In this document: one piece after another, positions 38,601 through 50,778 of the stretch
Layout of the letters: each line of letters opens with the position of its first letter
How positions within the stretch are numbered: position 1 is the first letter of the stretch
NCBI GenBank assembly: GCA_965153455.1
Contig: OZ234493.1
Coordinates: forward strand, 21,876,213-21,940,212
DNA: 64,000 bases
Source of the DNA: Sphagnum compactum
Taxonomy: Eukaryota
Direction: 5' to 3'
Translations under genes and position numbers: made by a program
The notes under the pieces: generated by a model
What the model saw: only the letters and a program-made list of their open reading frames with translations
What the model was told of the DNA's origin: nothing
Database searches by the model: none

Positions 38601-39807
38601 TGAAGGATTTGCTCCCCTTGTATTGAAGCTAGCTGAATACATGGGAGTTGAGGAAGCAAATGTGACCAAACGCAGGCCAGTTTCAGGGGGTGAAGGTGAA
38701 AGCTCAAAGGGAGCTGCAGGAGGGGGAAGTTCAAAGGAGGCCTCAACAGGAACTCAAGATCCCCCGCAAGATCCTCCTGGAGATCCCCCTCAGGATCCTG
38801 CTTGGAATCCTCCAGATGATCAGGATCAAGATCCACCCAATGATCCTGCTGAAGATCCACCTGATGATCCACCTGATGATCCTGCTGAAGATCCACCGGA
38901 GCCCTTGGAGAATAAGAAGGTTCATGTTGTGACTATTTATCCAGAATATGGGTATGTCCGTCAAGGATCCCCTGTTCCTCAAGAGAACAACCACCCAATA
39001 TATGAGGCATGTATTGTACCTATCCTTCGTTTTGAGTTTGAATTGAGGGGAAATCACAAGAAGATTACAACTACACTGAGAACACAATGCAATCTTGGGG
39101 AAGGTGGTGGACTCAATGGTACCCCCTCAAATCTGGGATATTTCCAGGACAACATCACAATTTCCTTAACTTGTGAAAAGGAAAGGGCTGCAACTCTTTC
39201 CTCTTCAAAAGTTGAAGATGTACAAGTTGTCAAGAGAACTATCACAAACAATAATTCAACATCGCTTGCAAGGGAAGGCTCAGGTCAACTTGCTGTGAGT
39301 GTACTTGGGCTTCAAGTTGGAGGACGTTATGGTGGAACTACTGAGACAGGTTATTCAACTGCTCGTGAGATGGAAATTGAATGGTTGGGTGGTGGATTTT
39401 GTGTGCATCCGAGACAACTTGCAAATAGTTTGGCTTACAACTTTTCTTACCCAAAAGAAATGAAGGACATCATTGCTGATCATCATCATGGTCGAACAGA
39501 ATTGTTAGACTTCAAAATAGGTGACACAGTCTGGCCAACCATCATCGGTGAATGGGATGCTCTCGATATGAGCAGAAAATGCAAATACAATTTCAAGACC
39601 AGACGGGACATTACTTCCATCAAGGGTTTAAGGCAGTCACATGGGAATGGTGAAGAACTCCAATCCATCACGCAACAGTATGTAGTACCTTTGTGGGTGA
39701 ATCATGCAATGACTCATATATTGCATCGTGATGACATAATCCAAGCACCTGGTAGAGTAAGGAAGGTGATTGGAGCAAAGACTGCATTGCATGGTCCTCG
39801 GACATAG
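32683..39807 (+). CDS. Pseudokinase fused to a large C-terminal exon (unknown domain + DPP linker + putative beta-pore-forming domain), ~900 aa; first exon uncertain
   Basis: Exons 32683-32866, 33294-33420, 34167-34244, 35046-35151, 35969-36059, 36589-36980, 38082-39807: all GT-AG, phase-compatible and stop-free. The phase-2 donor ggttccag|gtcagt joins the acceptor ttttcttttgtaattggttgcag|a in frame with the 568-aa ORF. Start could be ATG 32666, a mini-exon 31286-31395, or the repeat exon. Confidence 0.75.
38755..38903 (+). repeat. 12-bp coding repeat giving an acidic (x-D-P-P)n linker
   Basis: QDPPQDPPGDPPQDPAWNPPDDQDQDPPNDPAEDPPDDPPDDPAEDPPEP. Confidence 0.95.
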
Positions 39808-41589
39808 CAATATTTCCCAACACAGCATTGTAGATTTGTGTGTTTTGGTTTTTGGTTTCTGCTGCTAAGTCAGTGCATATTTGTGTGTATTTTCTTCATT
39901 GAATTCTGTCACTATCCTGTTTGTAGATGTTGCTTTTACTATTCATTATCCCCCTGGATAAAGGCACCCAAGTTCTCAACTCCTTTGCGCAACAGCTCAT
40001 TTTCCAGTTCCAACAATATTCTGTTCTGCGCATGCTTTGGAAGTTTCTTTCTCAACTGCATGCTTGTCCAACTATTTCTTCAAGGCTTTCAATCCATGTC
40101 TGTTCTCTTTTTCTATGCTTTACTGAAGTTGGGCACTGCCTTCAGAAGCATATTTGTTTTGCCTCAACTTTTAACTGTTTTGTTAACTGTTTTGTCACCA
40201 CTGGATTCATATACTGTTTTCTTCTAGATCACCCATTTTCCAGCTTCTTGCAGCTTCTATATGGTGTGGAATGTGACAATCTTTTCAAGCTTTCAAGTGA
40301 TTTCAATAGTTGTAATTGTGGAATGAATACGGTACTAATTTTTCTTTTGTCCATCTTGGACAAAGTAGTGAAACTTGTGTGTCATGGTGCCTCTTTTAGG
40401 GAATGCAGTTGGAAGTTGACAGCATTATAGTAGCTAGATTATGTAGATATGGTGTTGAGTTTCTCCTTTTTGTTTTTCTTATTTTTCTCGGCACGGAAGG
40501 GAGAAAAAGATTGCATTACAAAAGAGAGGACAGAAAACAACCCTCTGTCAGAGAGGCCACCCAACATCACCAGTCAACCAGGGACAAAACCTTAGCAATT
40601 AACAATGCCACGACGACAAGAATGATAGCAGCATCTAAGAGGAAGCTCATCCTGAAAAACCAAGTTTACTGTGTACTCCTCACTCTTTATCGAACATCTC
40701 AAGCAGCAAATCGGCGTTGGTAAAGGGAAACCTTGTCTGTTGCTATGAGAGTGCTTTTCGTAGATGCAGTCTTGGTTTTTGCTGCTTATATTGTGCAAGG
40801 TGGTGGTTGTGTGTACCAGTATGAAAGTTGGAAATATGATCTATGGGAGAGGACTTGACCAGTGAAAGTATGTAGTGTACTAGCTAACAAGTTTGCCATT
40901 CGACTTACACTAATGGACATTCCATGGGTATGCACAAAAACCAGAAGTCTGTGTGGAGTGAGTTGTTGTGCAGCCAAAAAACTAACTGAATCAAGTAAAA
41001 TCAACCTGTTAAAACAAATTGAACAGCACCAGCACCGGTATAAGTTAGGGTTAAGGACTATATGTTGGAATTTTATATTAGTCAACAAATAACATGGATC
41101 ATCTAAAAACCCAATCGATGATATTAAAAAATAAAATAGAAACATTATAAAAAAACTCATGTGGGGGGGGGGAAAAAAGCATGGGATTGCACAAGGCACA
41201 AAGCAAAGCAATTGAATCCAATTGTGAATGAAATGAGCAATACAAATGAAGAGAGATAGTAAAGAAGGAATTGAAACCTTGTTGAAAACACAGACATCAT
41301 CAAGTGCTGCAAAGCAAATCTCTGTGCTTAAAAATGTGGGCTGAAATTACTACAATTTACAGAAGATGGTGCCTTACATTCAGTGGAATAGGGCTGAAGT
41401 TCCAAGTATGATAGGACCATACACTCAAAGTTCCACAATGGGGGGGGCGGCGGGGTCTTGTGGTTCTTAAGTAAGGTACCTAAGGCTTTTTACACTGTTT
41501 AAGACCCTCTTAGATAGGTGAAATGAAGCCATAGTAAGAGGGATTTGAACCCAAGACCAATAGATAGAGAAATTCCCATTACATCTGCT

Positions 41590-41872
41590 CCAAAATTTCG
41601 CCAAAAAACGAAATTCAAAATGAAACATGCAAGCAAAGATGAAGTGATTTTTTGGGATATTCCAATCGTCAGAATTTATTTATTTTTAAATAAATAAAGA
41701 AAAATCGCCATATTTCTTCTGTACATGGTTCAAGTAGGTAGCCAAAAGTATCGAAGAAGGATGTTGAAATTAATTTCACTTTCATATCTTGGTTATTGCC
41801 GAATTTGAGTAAATCTTCATGTGGATGATCGCCACTTTGGCTGTATCACAAAATTGATTAAAAAAAACACTG
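41590..41872. mobile_element. Short non-autonomous repeat related to 600-910
   Basis: Shares aaatttcgccaaa, gtagccaaa and ggatgatcgccactttggctgtatcacaaaattg motifs. Confidence 0.45.
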
Positions 41873-42684
41873 AGATTCTGATCCTGGCTCTCTGTTTCTA
41901 GGAAAGTTCATTCATCTTGTCCCTCTGTTGACGTGTGCGTGTACGCCTTCTCCGGTGCTTGTTGCGTTGTCTTGTGTTCTGGGAGTTTTCCTTTGTTGCT
42001 CCGTCGGTGCATCCGTGCCTGTTCCTCTTCCTCGAAATTGTTGGTTTCCCTCGCTGGATAAAAATATTTTTTGTTGTTGTTGTTATTGTTGTTGTTGAGC
42101 TGATCGCTTAAATTCCGTTTCCTTTTGAAATTTTCTTTGATCGTAACCTCAATTCTTTGACAAATTCTTCTGAACAAATGCGTTTCAGATTTCCGACTTC
42201 TCCGTCTTCTTGCTCTTTCTTCTTTAGTTCTCACGGCTTTCCTCCGGTGTGATTTTTGTAACTCTTTCTTCAAAGCTTTTAAAGCTATCTTTCCTTCTCT
42301 TTTCTCCTGATTTTTTTGGTCACTTTCTTTGCGAATTGACGGAGCTTGAAACCTTGGACACCAAGCGGATTACATAGCTTCGAAACGTAAGAATCGCTTC
42401 ATCTTTTTCAGCTTCTTTCAATTTCTCTTGTCAAGTCTTGTAACAAGTCTTTTTTGGCCGTGAGTTTTAAGAAAACAAGAAAATTTCGCACTATGCTGGT
42501 GTTCTGTTGTTAACATCTGGAGTCCGTCTGATATGTTTCTGCTTATTTCAGAGTGGACCTTGTTTGAATGCGTATTATTCCTGAATGATTTTTGTGGCGT
42601 ACTGGAGCTCCTAAGCTTATTTTGCCTTGTGTTGCTCCAAATTGTGTAACAGGGTGGTCTGAAGAGAAAAATAGAGTGAGCGAG

Positions 42685-45085
42685 ATGTCCACAATAACTG
42701 TCCCTCAGTATCTCAATTTACAAGAAGATTGTTATGCGCTCCATCAAGCATTCAAAGGCATGCTGACCATTGCAGATTTTTTTTGTCTAATTTTAGTACT
42801 TAATCCTCCTTCCTCTGATACAATACCTATAAGTAGGGACTTTGAGATGAAATGCTTCAGGTCTTCCTGGTGGAATATTAAGCTACTGCTCAGAGTTTAA
42901 CAGTCTAGAGGCTTCCATTAGTGGTGGTGCAGGTGTCAGAATCGTGATTTTTGCATACATGGGTATGTGAATGTTGGAGTTCTCATTCATAATGGAAGCA
43001 GAGAACAGTAACAGATGCTTACAGGGTTCAAGCATGCTAACCTTGTACCCCTGTTCTGATGGATGATGGCAGGGATTGGATGTGACGAGAAAAGAGTGAT
43101 TGCAATATTGGGTCACCGCACACAAGCTCAGCGCTTAGCGGTCGCTGATGCTTACCACAGACAGTTCGGAGAGATCCTATCTCATCGTCTCAAGTCCGAA
43201 CTCCATAACAACCTTGAGGTGTGTTTCTTTGCCACGGGTTGAGTGAGCCGATAGCATCAATTTCAGGGAATGTTGATATGTTCCTTTGATGACTCTTGGG
43301 TCAGTTTTAGACCAAATTAGAGAAGTTTGTATTGGTCATCCAAGGAAAGAGATGTAAGCAATTACTAGTTTCCTTGGACCTTTAGCGGTCAGACTAAAGG
43401 TTGCTTTTCAGCCACCATAAAACTGAAAACTAGTGAAATGGTGATCAGAAAGTTTCACCTTCTATTCTGTCCCTCAATTGTTTAAGTTGATTGATATTTG
43501 CGAGGAAGTCAAAGATGTTCAAGATGGATAATGGTTCATTTACCATGCATGCATTGATGAGCAAATTCTGGGACATGGGGATAATGCAGAGAGCAATGCT
43601 GTTGTGGATGATGGATGCAGCTGAGAGAGATGCAGTGCTTTTACATGAATCAATTTCAGGGCTCGGCACAAAAGACTCGGCCTTGATTGGAATTGTGTGC
43701 ACACGTACTCCCTCGCAGTTATACATTATCAAACAAGCTTACTATAACCTTTACCATAGGACACTTGAGCATGCCGTTGATGGGGACACTAGTGGCAACT
43801 ATCAAAAGGTGAAGTCTTATTACTGAGACTTATCAATGTCACTTTTTTTTTTAGTTGTGTACCTTGCAACTTCTTTAGTGCTTGGATGTAGGTAGAAATG
43901 TTGAACGTAAACTTCTGGTTGTAAATTTTGGGAGGGTTGTTTCTGATTTTTACAGCACATTTGTGGCACTATTTAGTTGATCAAATGCCCATCAGTCTTA
44001 TCTGAGAGAGAATAAGAGTTGCAATTGTATGTCTCACTATTGGAAATTATGTCGTACAGCTCCTGTTGGCACTTCTGAAAGGAAATCGGTCAGAAATCTT
44101 GGGGGTAGACCGGCAATTAGCAATGGCAGATGCACATGCATTATACAAGGCAGGTGAGGGCCGATGGGGCACGAATGAAGACACTTTCATTCATATATTG
44201 GCAACTCGTAGTGCTGCCCACCTGACAACTGTGTCACAATACTACCTGCAAGCTTTTGGGCATTCACTTGAGAAGGTGAGTTCCACAAGCTCTGTTCACT
44301 GTTCTCATCTGATTAGTTCACAAGCATGTTCAACATGCCACCACTGAATGCTGGGTATTTCCACAGAATTTAACCTGATGTCAGTTCCATCAGATGCATT
44401 TCCAAATTAATCTGGCATTTCTAATGCTGTTGTATTAAACACCACACCATGAGTTCTCCAGCCAGTCCAGAGCTAAGAAGAGGATTATGTTATACATGCA
44501 GGCAATTCAGAAGGAAACATCAGGACATTTTGAGAACGCATTGCTGGCTGTTGTGCAAGCCACATGCTTCCCTCCGAGATATTTTGCCCAGGTATTCACT
44601 CCTTGTACTCATTTAGGTGTACTGGATTGTCACTGGGGTCTGACACATTCCAATAGAATAAGAGACATGCAGGATGTGGATTCAAATCACACTGTGGATC
44701 ATCATAATCAACATGCCTTCTGCTCAGTTGCCTTCTCCATTACCAATAATCAAGGGAAGTATCTGTGAAAGTGGACAATTGTGTCACTTGCAGTCTCATA
44801 ATCCTCATGTACTCCTATCTGCGATTTCTGAAGCATCAAGTATACACTGGATTCTGATCAGTCACACTTTCATTGGGTGTGCAGGAGCTCTACAAATCAA
44901 TGATTGGGCTAGGGACAGACGACAGCTCATTGATCCGGGTTATTACTACTCGAGCAGAAATTGACATGCTCTACATCAAGGGAGAATTTTCAAGTATGTA
45001 CAACAAGACTCTCGAGCATATGATTGCAGGCGATACATCTGGAAACTACAAGCATTTCCTTCTTACCCTTGTGGGTGGTGCTTAG
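42685..45085 (+). CDS. ANN: Annexin (314 aa, 6 coding exons)
   Basis: Exons 42685-42757, 43073-43218, 43590-43808, 44060-44275, 44502-44591, 44885-45085 (945 nt). Four annexin repeats: AFKGIGCDE, GLGTKD, GEGRWGTNE, GLGTDDSSLIRVITTRAEID...GDTSGNY. First coding intron is GC-AG; probable 5'UTR intron ~42387-42652. Confidence 0.97.
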
Positions 45086-46720
45086 TTTACAGACCCAGGG
45101 CACTGGTGTAATTTTGTCACAGAATGCGTACGCATAATTAACAACCATAGAGGTGAGCAGGTCCTCAGGGCCAGTTTCCAACTGGTCTGACTGAATAATT
45201 TAGTTTGAATCACAGTTTCATCAGGGCAGTAAAAACATTAGTGGAGTTGTTTTGTCCAGCATTGACAAAGCCATAAAAACACATATTATGGCAATGGCAA
45301 TGGATTGTGACTAGTACTGTCAAACACTGTACTTTGGTAATGAGCTTGTACTTTGTTGCTTGTAAAAAAGCACAAGGTGGTCTTTGTAGTTTCAGGACAT
45401 GTAAGAGAATGAAAGTTAAGGTTTGAGAGATCACAACTCTTGTAGCAGGTATTGTAACAGTTGACAGGAATGAATAGCAATCAATTACTCTTGACTAGAA
45501 TCATCAAACCTACTCTTGTACACCTTCTTGAGTCAGGACTCAAACTTTCTGTAGTTTACTCCAGGTGCTATTACCATGAGTCATTATCAGCAAATGGGTT
45601 GTTTGCAGGTTTAGGAATGCTATGTGGACAGAAGGTAGGAAACACATGCCCTTGGATTCGCACAGGAGAGATCATCTAGATAAGTGAAGGTGGCTTGCAA
45701 AGGATTTCATACTCACTATTTCTAACTGCCCATTTACTCCTTGTGTGTGTGTGTGAGTGTGTTTTATGGCATTAACTGTGTCCTCCTCCATCTCCCCTTT
45801 TTCGTCCACTGTGCCTTCTCTGTGTCCAACAGAGGCTGGGGATTTCATTTCTGGAAAAGCAAGATGCAGCCCTAATGAGCAGGTGGGATAGGCATGACCC
45901 TTGCCTCTGAACCCCTCTGCCATTGATCCTTGATTCCAGAATTGAAGATTGGACTACTGAGTTCTCTATAACATATCCATGATGATGATGATGATGATGA
46001 TATCATTGGGAAAGATCGCAATAGCATTGAATGCAATGGGGAAATATCAAATCTACAGAAAATTTTCTGTCCTTGGTCTGAGATCTCAGACCAACTAGCT
46101 TGTCTAAGGTTCCTTCTCTTACCTCCCAAGCCTTGAGTAATTTTGTGAAAATGATGATGCAGTTTTTGCAGATACAATTGATTGCTTTCTTTTGTTCATT
46201 GCCCAATCCAAGATTGACAAGATTTGAGTGCTCTGCTTTAATAGGGAGATGAAAATTTTAGAGAAAACTAAGGGAGGAAACAAATGCTGACTTACTAAAA
46301 TGTTCACTGTTGATTTGGCATCATCTACATATGATGCACCCAAATATCATTGAATAGTTAGAGATTTCATTAGAAAGTGGGAAGAATCCATTCGTTAAAG
46401 AATTGAAATTTGATGTTGCATAGTCACTCTTAACATAGGATACACCAAAAAACAGTAAGTATTTGAGAAAAATCCATAAGAAAACCAGAAGACCCATGTT
46501 CCATGAAGAATTGGAAGAGGTGCAGGCACCTATTTCAAGAGAAGCAGTCTGTCTGTTTCAATCGACCTCTCCTTTATTCACAGAATTTCCTTCTTTACAT
46601 TCAGATTTGTAAATTGCTCTTGCCCATTACATTATTTGAACTCATGTGGGATAGCTTCTGCAATGCAGATACTTTAGATTCTTCGGAGAAATTGGAGTGT
46701 GATCAGGAAAGGTGGTCAGA

Positions 46721-49700
46721 ATGGGGTCAAGAGGACCTACAGCAAAGCTGATGGGGCGACATGATATTGACCCTCGATTCAACAGGGGCAACAAGCTAAG
46801 GCCCAAGTATGAGAGCCCCCTGGACCAGCAAGAGAACATGAACCAGGAACCAATCAAAACAGCACCCAAGTCTACCAGATTGCGTCCTCCAATGCAAAAT
46901 CTGGCATTTGATCCCCGTGTTATTCGTGGGACTCTCTCTCATAAATACAAGGTCATTTGCTCACACCTTGTCTGCAAAGAAATTATCATATTTGTGTAAA
47001 ATCATGTCACAGTGGACAACGGTTTGACATCAACTGCACAATCTAAAAAACATGGAAATCTGCCAAATATTCTGCAATGTACACTGGATGTTCACCACAC
47101 CATACCCATCTGACCATTACTATCAGGCAGGCACAAATACTTACTGTTTGATTTTTCCATTGATAATTTTCATCTTGAAGATTTTGGCCTGGATTTATAA
47201 CCACATTCTTTCACTCAGGCCTCGACCAAAGTGTCAAGTTGGGTGGGGCAATGTCATCTTTGATAACAAAGCAATGGAAACTTGGACTTCTTCACTTCTG
47301 GGTTGTTCATCTTGTCATGGAATCAGGGCTTGTTATTAACCTGACCATCATCATGTTACAGTCTTCCAACTGACATTCAACTTTTGAAGCACAAAGCCTG
47401 GTTTTGTAGGATGATTCTGGAAGCTGATTACAAACCATTCCACTAACACTTAGAACCATCATCAGGGTGAGTTCTAGAACCATGTAGTATGAATTGTGTG
47501 ACAAGTGAGGATGGTGAGTGCAGTATGTTGAGGAGCCACCTTCAAAGCCACATCGACAAAAGCCACAACATCCCATGCAGTTCGGTGCCACTCCTGAGCC
47601 TATCATCGGTCGACAACACATGGATGTCCAGGTCACAATTCTACAGATTTCATTGATACTGATATAAGTTCAGGGTTGGTTGATTTGTAGGTTATTAGCA
47701 TACTCCCTTTTGAAAGAATGGGGTGTATACTGTGCTTATGATCACGATCCATCATCAGGTCACAAATCTTCCAGGAGCTGATCCACAAACTTGAGCTTGT
47801 TTAGCCTCACCAACTATAGAGAAGGTGTCTGAATGAACCACAATAAATAATGGCATTTGGGTGTGATGCAGACAGATATATACTTGGAGGACCAGTATGG
47901 AAAGAAAACTTTCAATGATTTTGACACACAAACAGACCCTTTCTTGGACCGTCCTGCCACGCCCTACTTCATCCCCTGGAAATCTGGCCCTGATGCATTC
48001 ACTCAGGTTACTCCTGGAATGGCAGCTCCACATTTCCTACTTTGCCCACAAACATCCACAACTAACAGAACATAATCTACAAGGCTGAATGTAATTCACA
48101 TTGCATTAGCAGTAAGAAAAAGAATGTCACCAGTAAGTACCTAGACGTGGGTTCTGTTTCTTCCGAGTTATTGCCAGCTTTCCAATCAGAGAAAGGTGTA
48201 CACCAAATAGCAACAGTGACTTGTTAACATTCATCATGGATATCCCACTCTTCCAAGAGACCCTTGGCTCCAATCATTTCAGGTTGTCTCCAGTTAGTGG
48301 GGTGACCCGAGGACAATGCAAATGGGATATGATATGACCCTGCAGAAGGAAGCCCAACTCCACTTGTAAGATGGAAATGAATAATTGGTCTGCCAGGCTA
48401 TTTGATTTTATGCCTTTGTTGATACCACAATAGTTCAACAGAGTTGTGCAGATTTAGGAAGAACATTTCCAAGTTTCTGGAGTATCCTCCTGAGGTGGGT
48501 GTTTTCACATTGCAGATATTTGATGGAGATCTGTTTGATTTTGAAATGGAAGTGGAGCCCATGCTGGAGGTCCTGGTTGGCCGAGCCTTGGAACAAGGCC
48601 TCATGGAGGTTCAGGAAGAGAAGCAGCTTGAACACTTACGATGTCACCAGGTTCTGCAAACTTGCACTGCAATTGATACAATATGCATAGTTGAAAATTG
48701 CCAACCCTGCAACAAAACTCCCTATATGGGACATCATCTTGAGAGAATTTGCTGTTAGTTTCTATCTACAAGATCTGGTGAACAAATACAGAGATGTCTG
48801 AAAAAGGTTTGTGTTTTGACAGGATCGTTTTGAGCAACTGAGAGTGGCAGAGCTGACAGCAACACAGAGGATGGAAGCAAGTGAGAGACGGGCAATGGAG
48901 GAGAAGGATCGTCGTGTAGCCCAAGAGAGAAAGCGCCTGAAAGAAGAGGAAATCCTCCGCCTCAAGGTGTGAAACGTCTCTCAGATGAGCAAGCTCAAAT
49001 ACCCAACAGTTCCATCTACTAGATATTACACCCTGCTGCATCTTACAATCCTGCAGAACATTGTTAAAGTGGAAGACTGAGTGCAGAAAGATGGGGCCTG
49101 TGCATGGGTTTTGCAGGTAGAGGCACTGGGCATAGCAAGACTGTGCCTAAAGAATGTAACGGATGAGGTGTATGCTGCTCTCACCAAAGCAGGCTACTTC
49201 TACGACCCTGTTGAGAGAGAGGTTTATTTGATTCCCCGCACCTCCTTTCATCCTTTCATCCCCAAATAGACACGCAACACTCTTTGATCATGTCAAATCA
49301 TGTTGAAATCTGCTCAAACAAAACCTTGAGAAATTGCTCTCTGATAAGGTTTGACGTGTGTTGCATGACGGGGGGTGGTAATGGCAGCTGGAGACAGTGT
49401 TTGTGCCAAAATTGCTGCAGGGGATGCAAACAGAGATTGCAGACATTGTGCAGTCTCGCCATGCTGTGGCCATCATGGTAAGCATCAGCCACTCCCAAAT
49501 ATTACAATTGCATTCCCTCTCTGCTTGAATGAGTACTGGTGTCAACTCCTGTCCAGCACAGCAGAATGTATGGCTCCACAAATCTAAAACCAACGGCATG
49601 AAATGTTAGTTCTACCACATTTTGTTTAGCTTTCATCACAACAACACATAAAAGCCCCCAAAATCATTGAGCATCACAAAGCCTCCAAGGAATTCTACCC

Positions 49701-50316
49701 AGATTTATCAACATCTGCAGTTGTGATCAAGTAGACATGTTTTGAAGTGTTGGCCAACACTTAAAACTTGTTTTTAACCACAATATAATTTAAAACACTT
49801 ACCTTCTTGTGGTGTTGGCAGGTGGATGAGGTGGTACCTCCACCAGACACTGCAGAAAGGGTAGCAGATGGGGTGGACATGGTGATGGCCCGACTGATGA
49901 ATGTGTTGGATTCATGGATCACATTTGAGGATAATGTGATGCAAGAGCTGGATGCTGCTGAACATGCCACACATAATGTGATGCTTGGCATTGTAGGAGA
50001 AGTGGAACTCGTAGAGAACACCTCAACCTCAGTCACCTCCTCCATACTTGACAGGGTACATATCTATCCTCTATGTTTGACTTATCAAGTGCCACTTCAT
50101 ACAATATACACACTGTTTCTCATGGAGAGAAAGCTCTTAAATCTTGCCGGAGTTACAAGGAATGCAACATGAAAAGAATCTAGGATTTGAATGCACAACT
50201 GATATTGCCTGCGCACATTGATTTCAATGATGTTGCAGGTTGGCATAAGATCAACAGAGACAGCAAGTGCCTCCCAGGACCTACTAAATTCAATGATAGG
50301 ACACCTGCAGCAATGA
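46721..50316 (+). CDS. RSP3: Flagellar radial spoke protein 3 homolog
   Basis: Approximate exons 46721-46951, 47524-47631, 47872-48006, 48516-48650, 48823-48966, 49117-49221, 49388-49477, 49822-50055, 50239-50316. Motifs QTDIYLE, TQTDPFLDRPATPYFIP, DGDLFDFEMEVEPMLEVLVGRALEQGLMEV, FEQLRVAEL...QRMEA, GYFYDPVERE. The 5' and 3' ends are less certain. Confidence 0.93.
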
Positions 50317-50778
50317 TGTGAGTCCATTTCCATCTATGCTAGGGTTTGGTTGGCAAAGTATCACAAAGCAGACTCAAACACATACACACATTGCAGTATA
50401 ACATAAAATGGACAACAAGGCAAGTCCCTTACAATCTAGGTCTCTAATCCTGACTCTGCAATCCACAAAATCAGCTGCAAATGTTTCCTGTAGCAAAACC
50501 TAAGATCTAAATACATTACCACAACAATGGCATTCATGTATGTTCTTAATGAAACAAAACCCAGAAGCATGAGCCCCACATCTGCCATGTGACCAAGCAA
50601 ACCCAAGCAAACTCCCCATGTAAGCCAATTCTAACACTATCACAGCATATCCAACTTTGTAGGATTCCTGCACACGGTTGGAATCATACTCAGCAGAAAG
50701 AATCAAGATCAGAGATGCTGATTTTCAGGAAGATGGTGGTGTTAATAAACACCATAAAAAATAGCTTTGCCAGGAACT

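Noticed and set aside
38101-39807. 568-aa ORF as an independent single-exon gene
   Set aside because: An in-frame acceptor 19 nt upstream and a phase-matched kinase donor favour a terminal exon; not fully excluded without transcripts.
39838-41211. Hydrophobic ORFs downstream of the large exon
   Set aside because: T-rich 3'UTR/intergenic composition; possible retroelement scraps, but nothing supportable.
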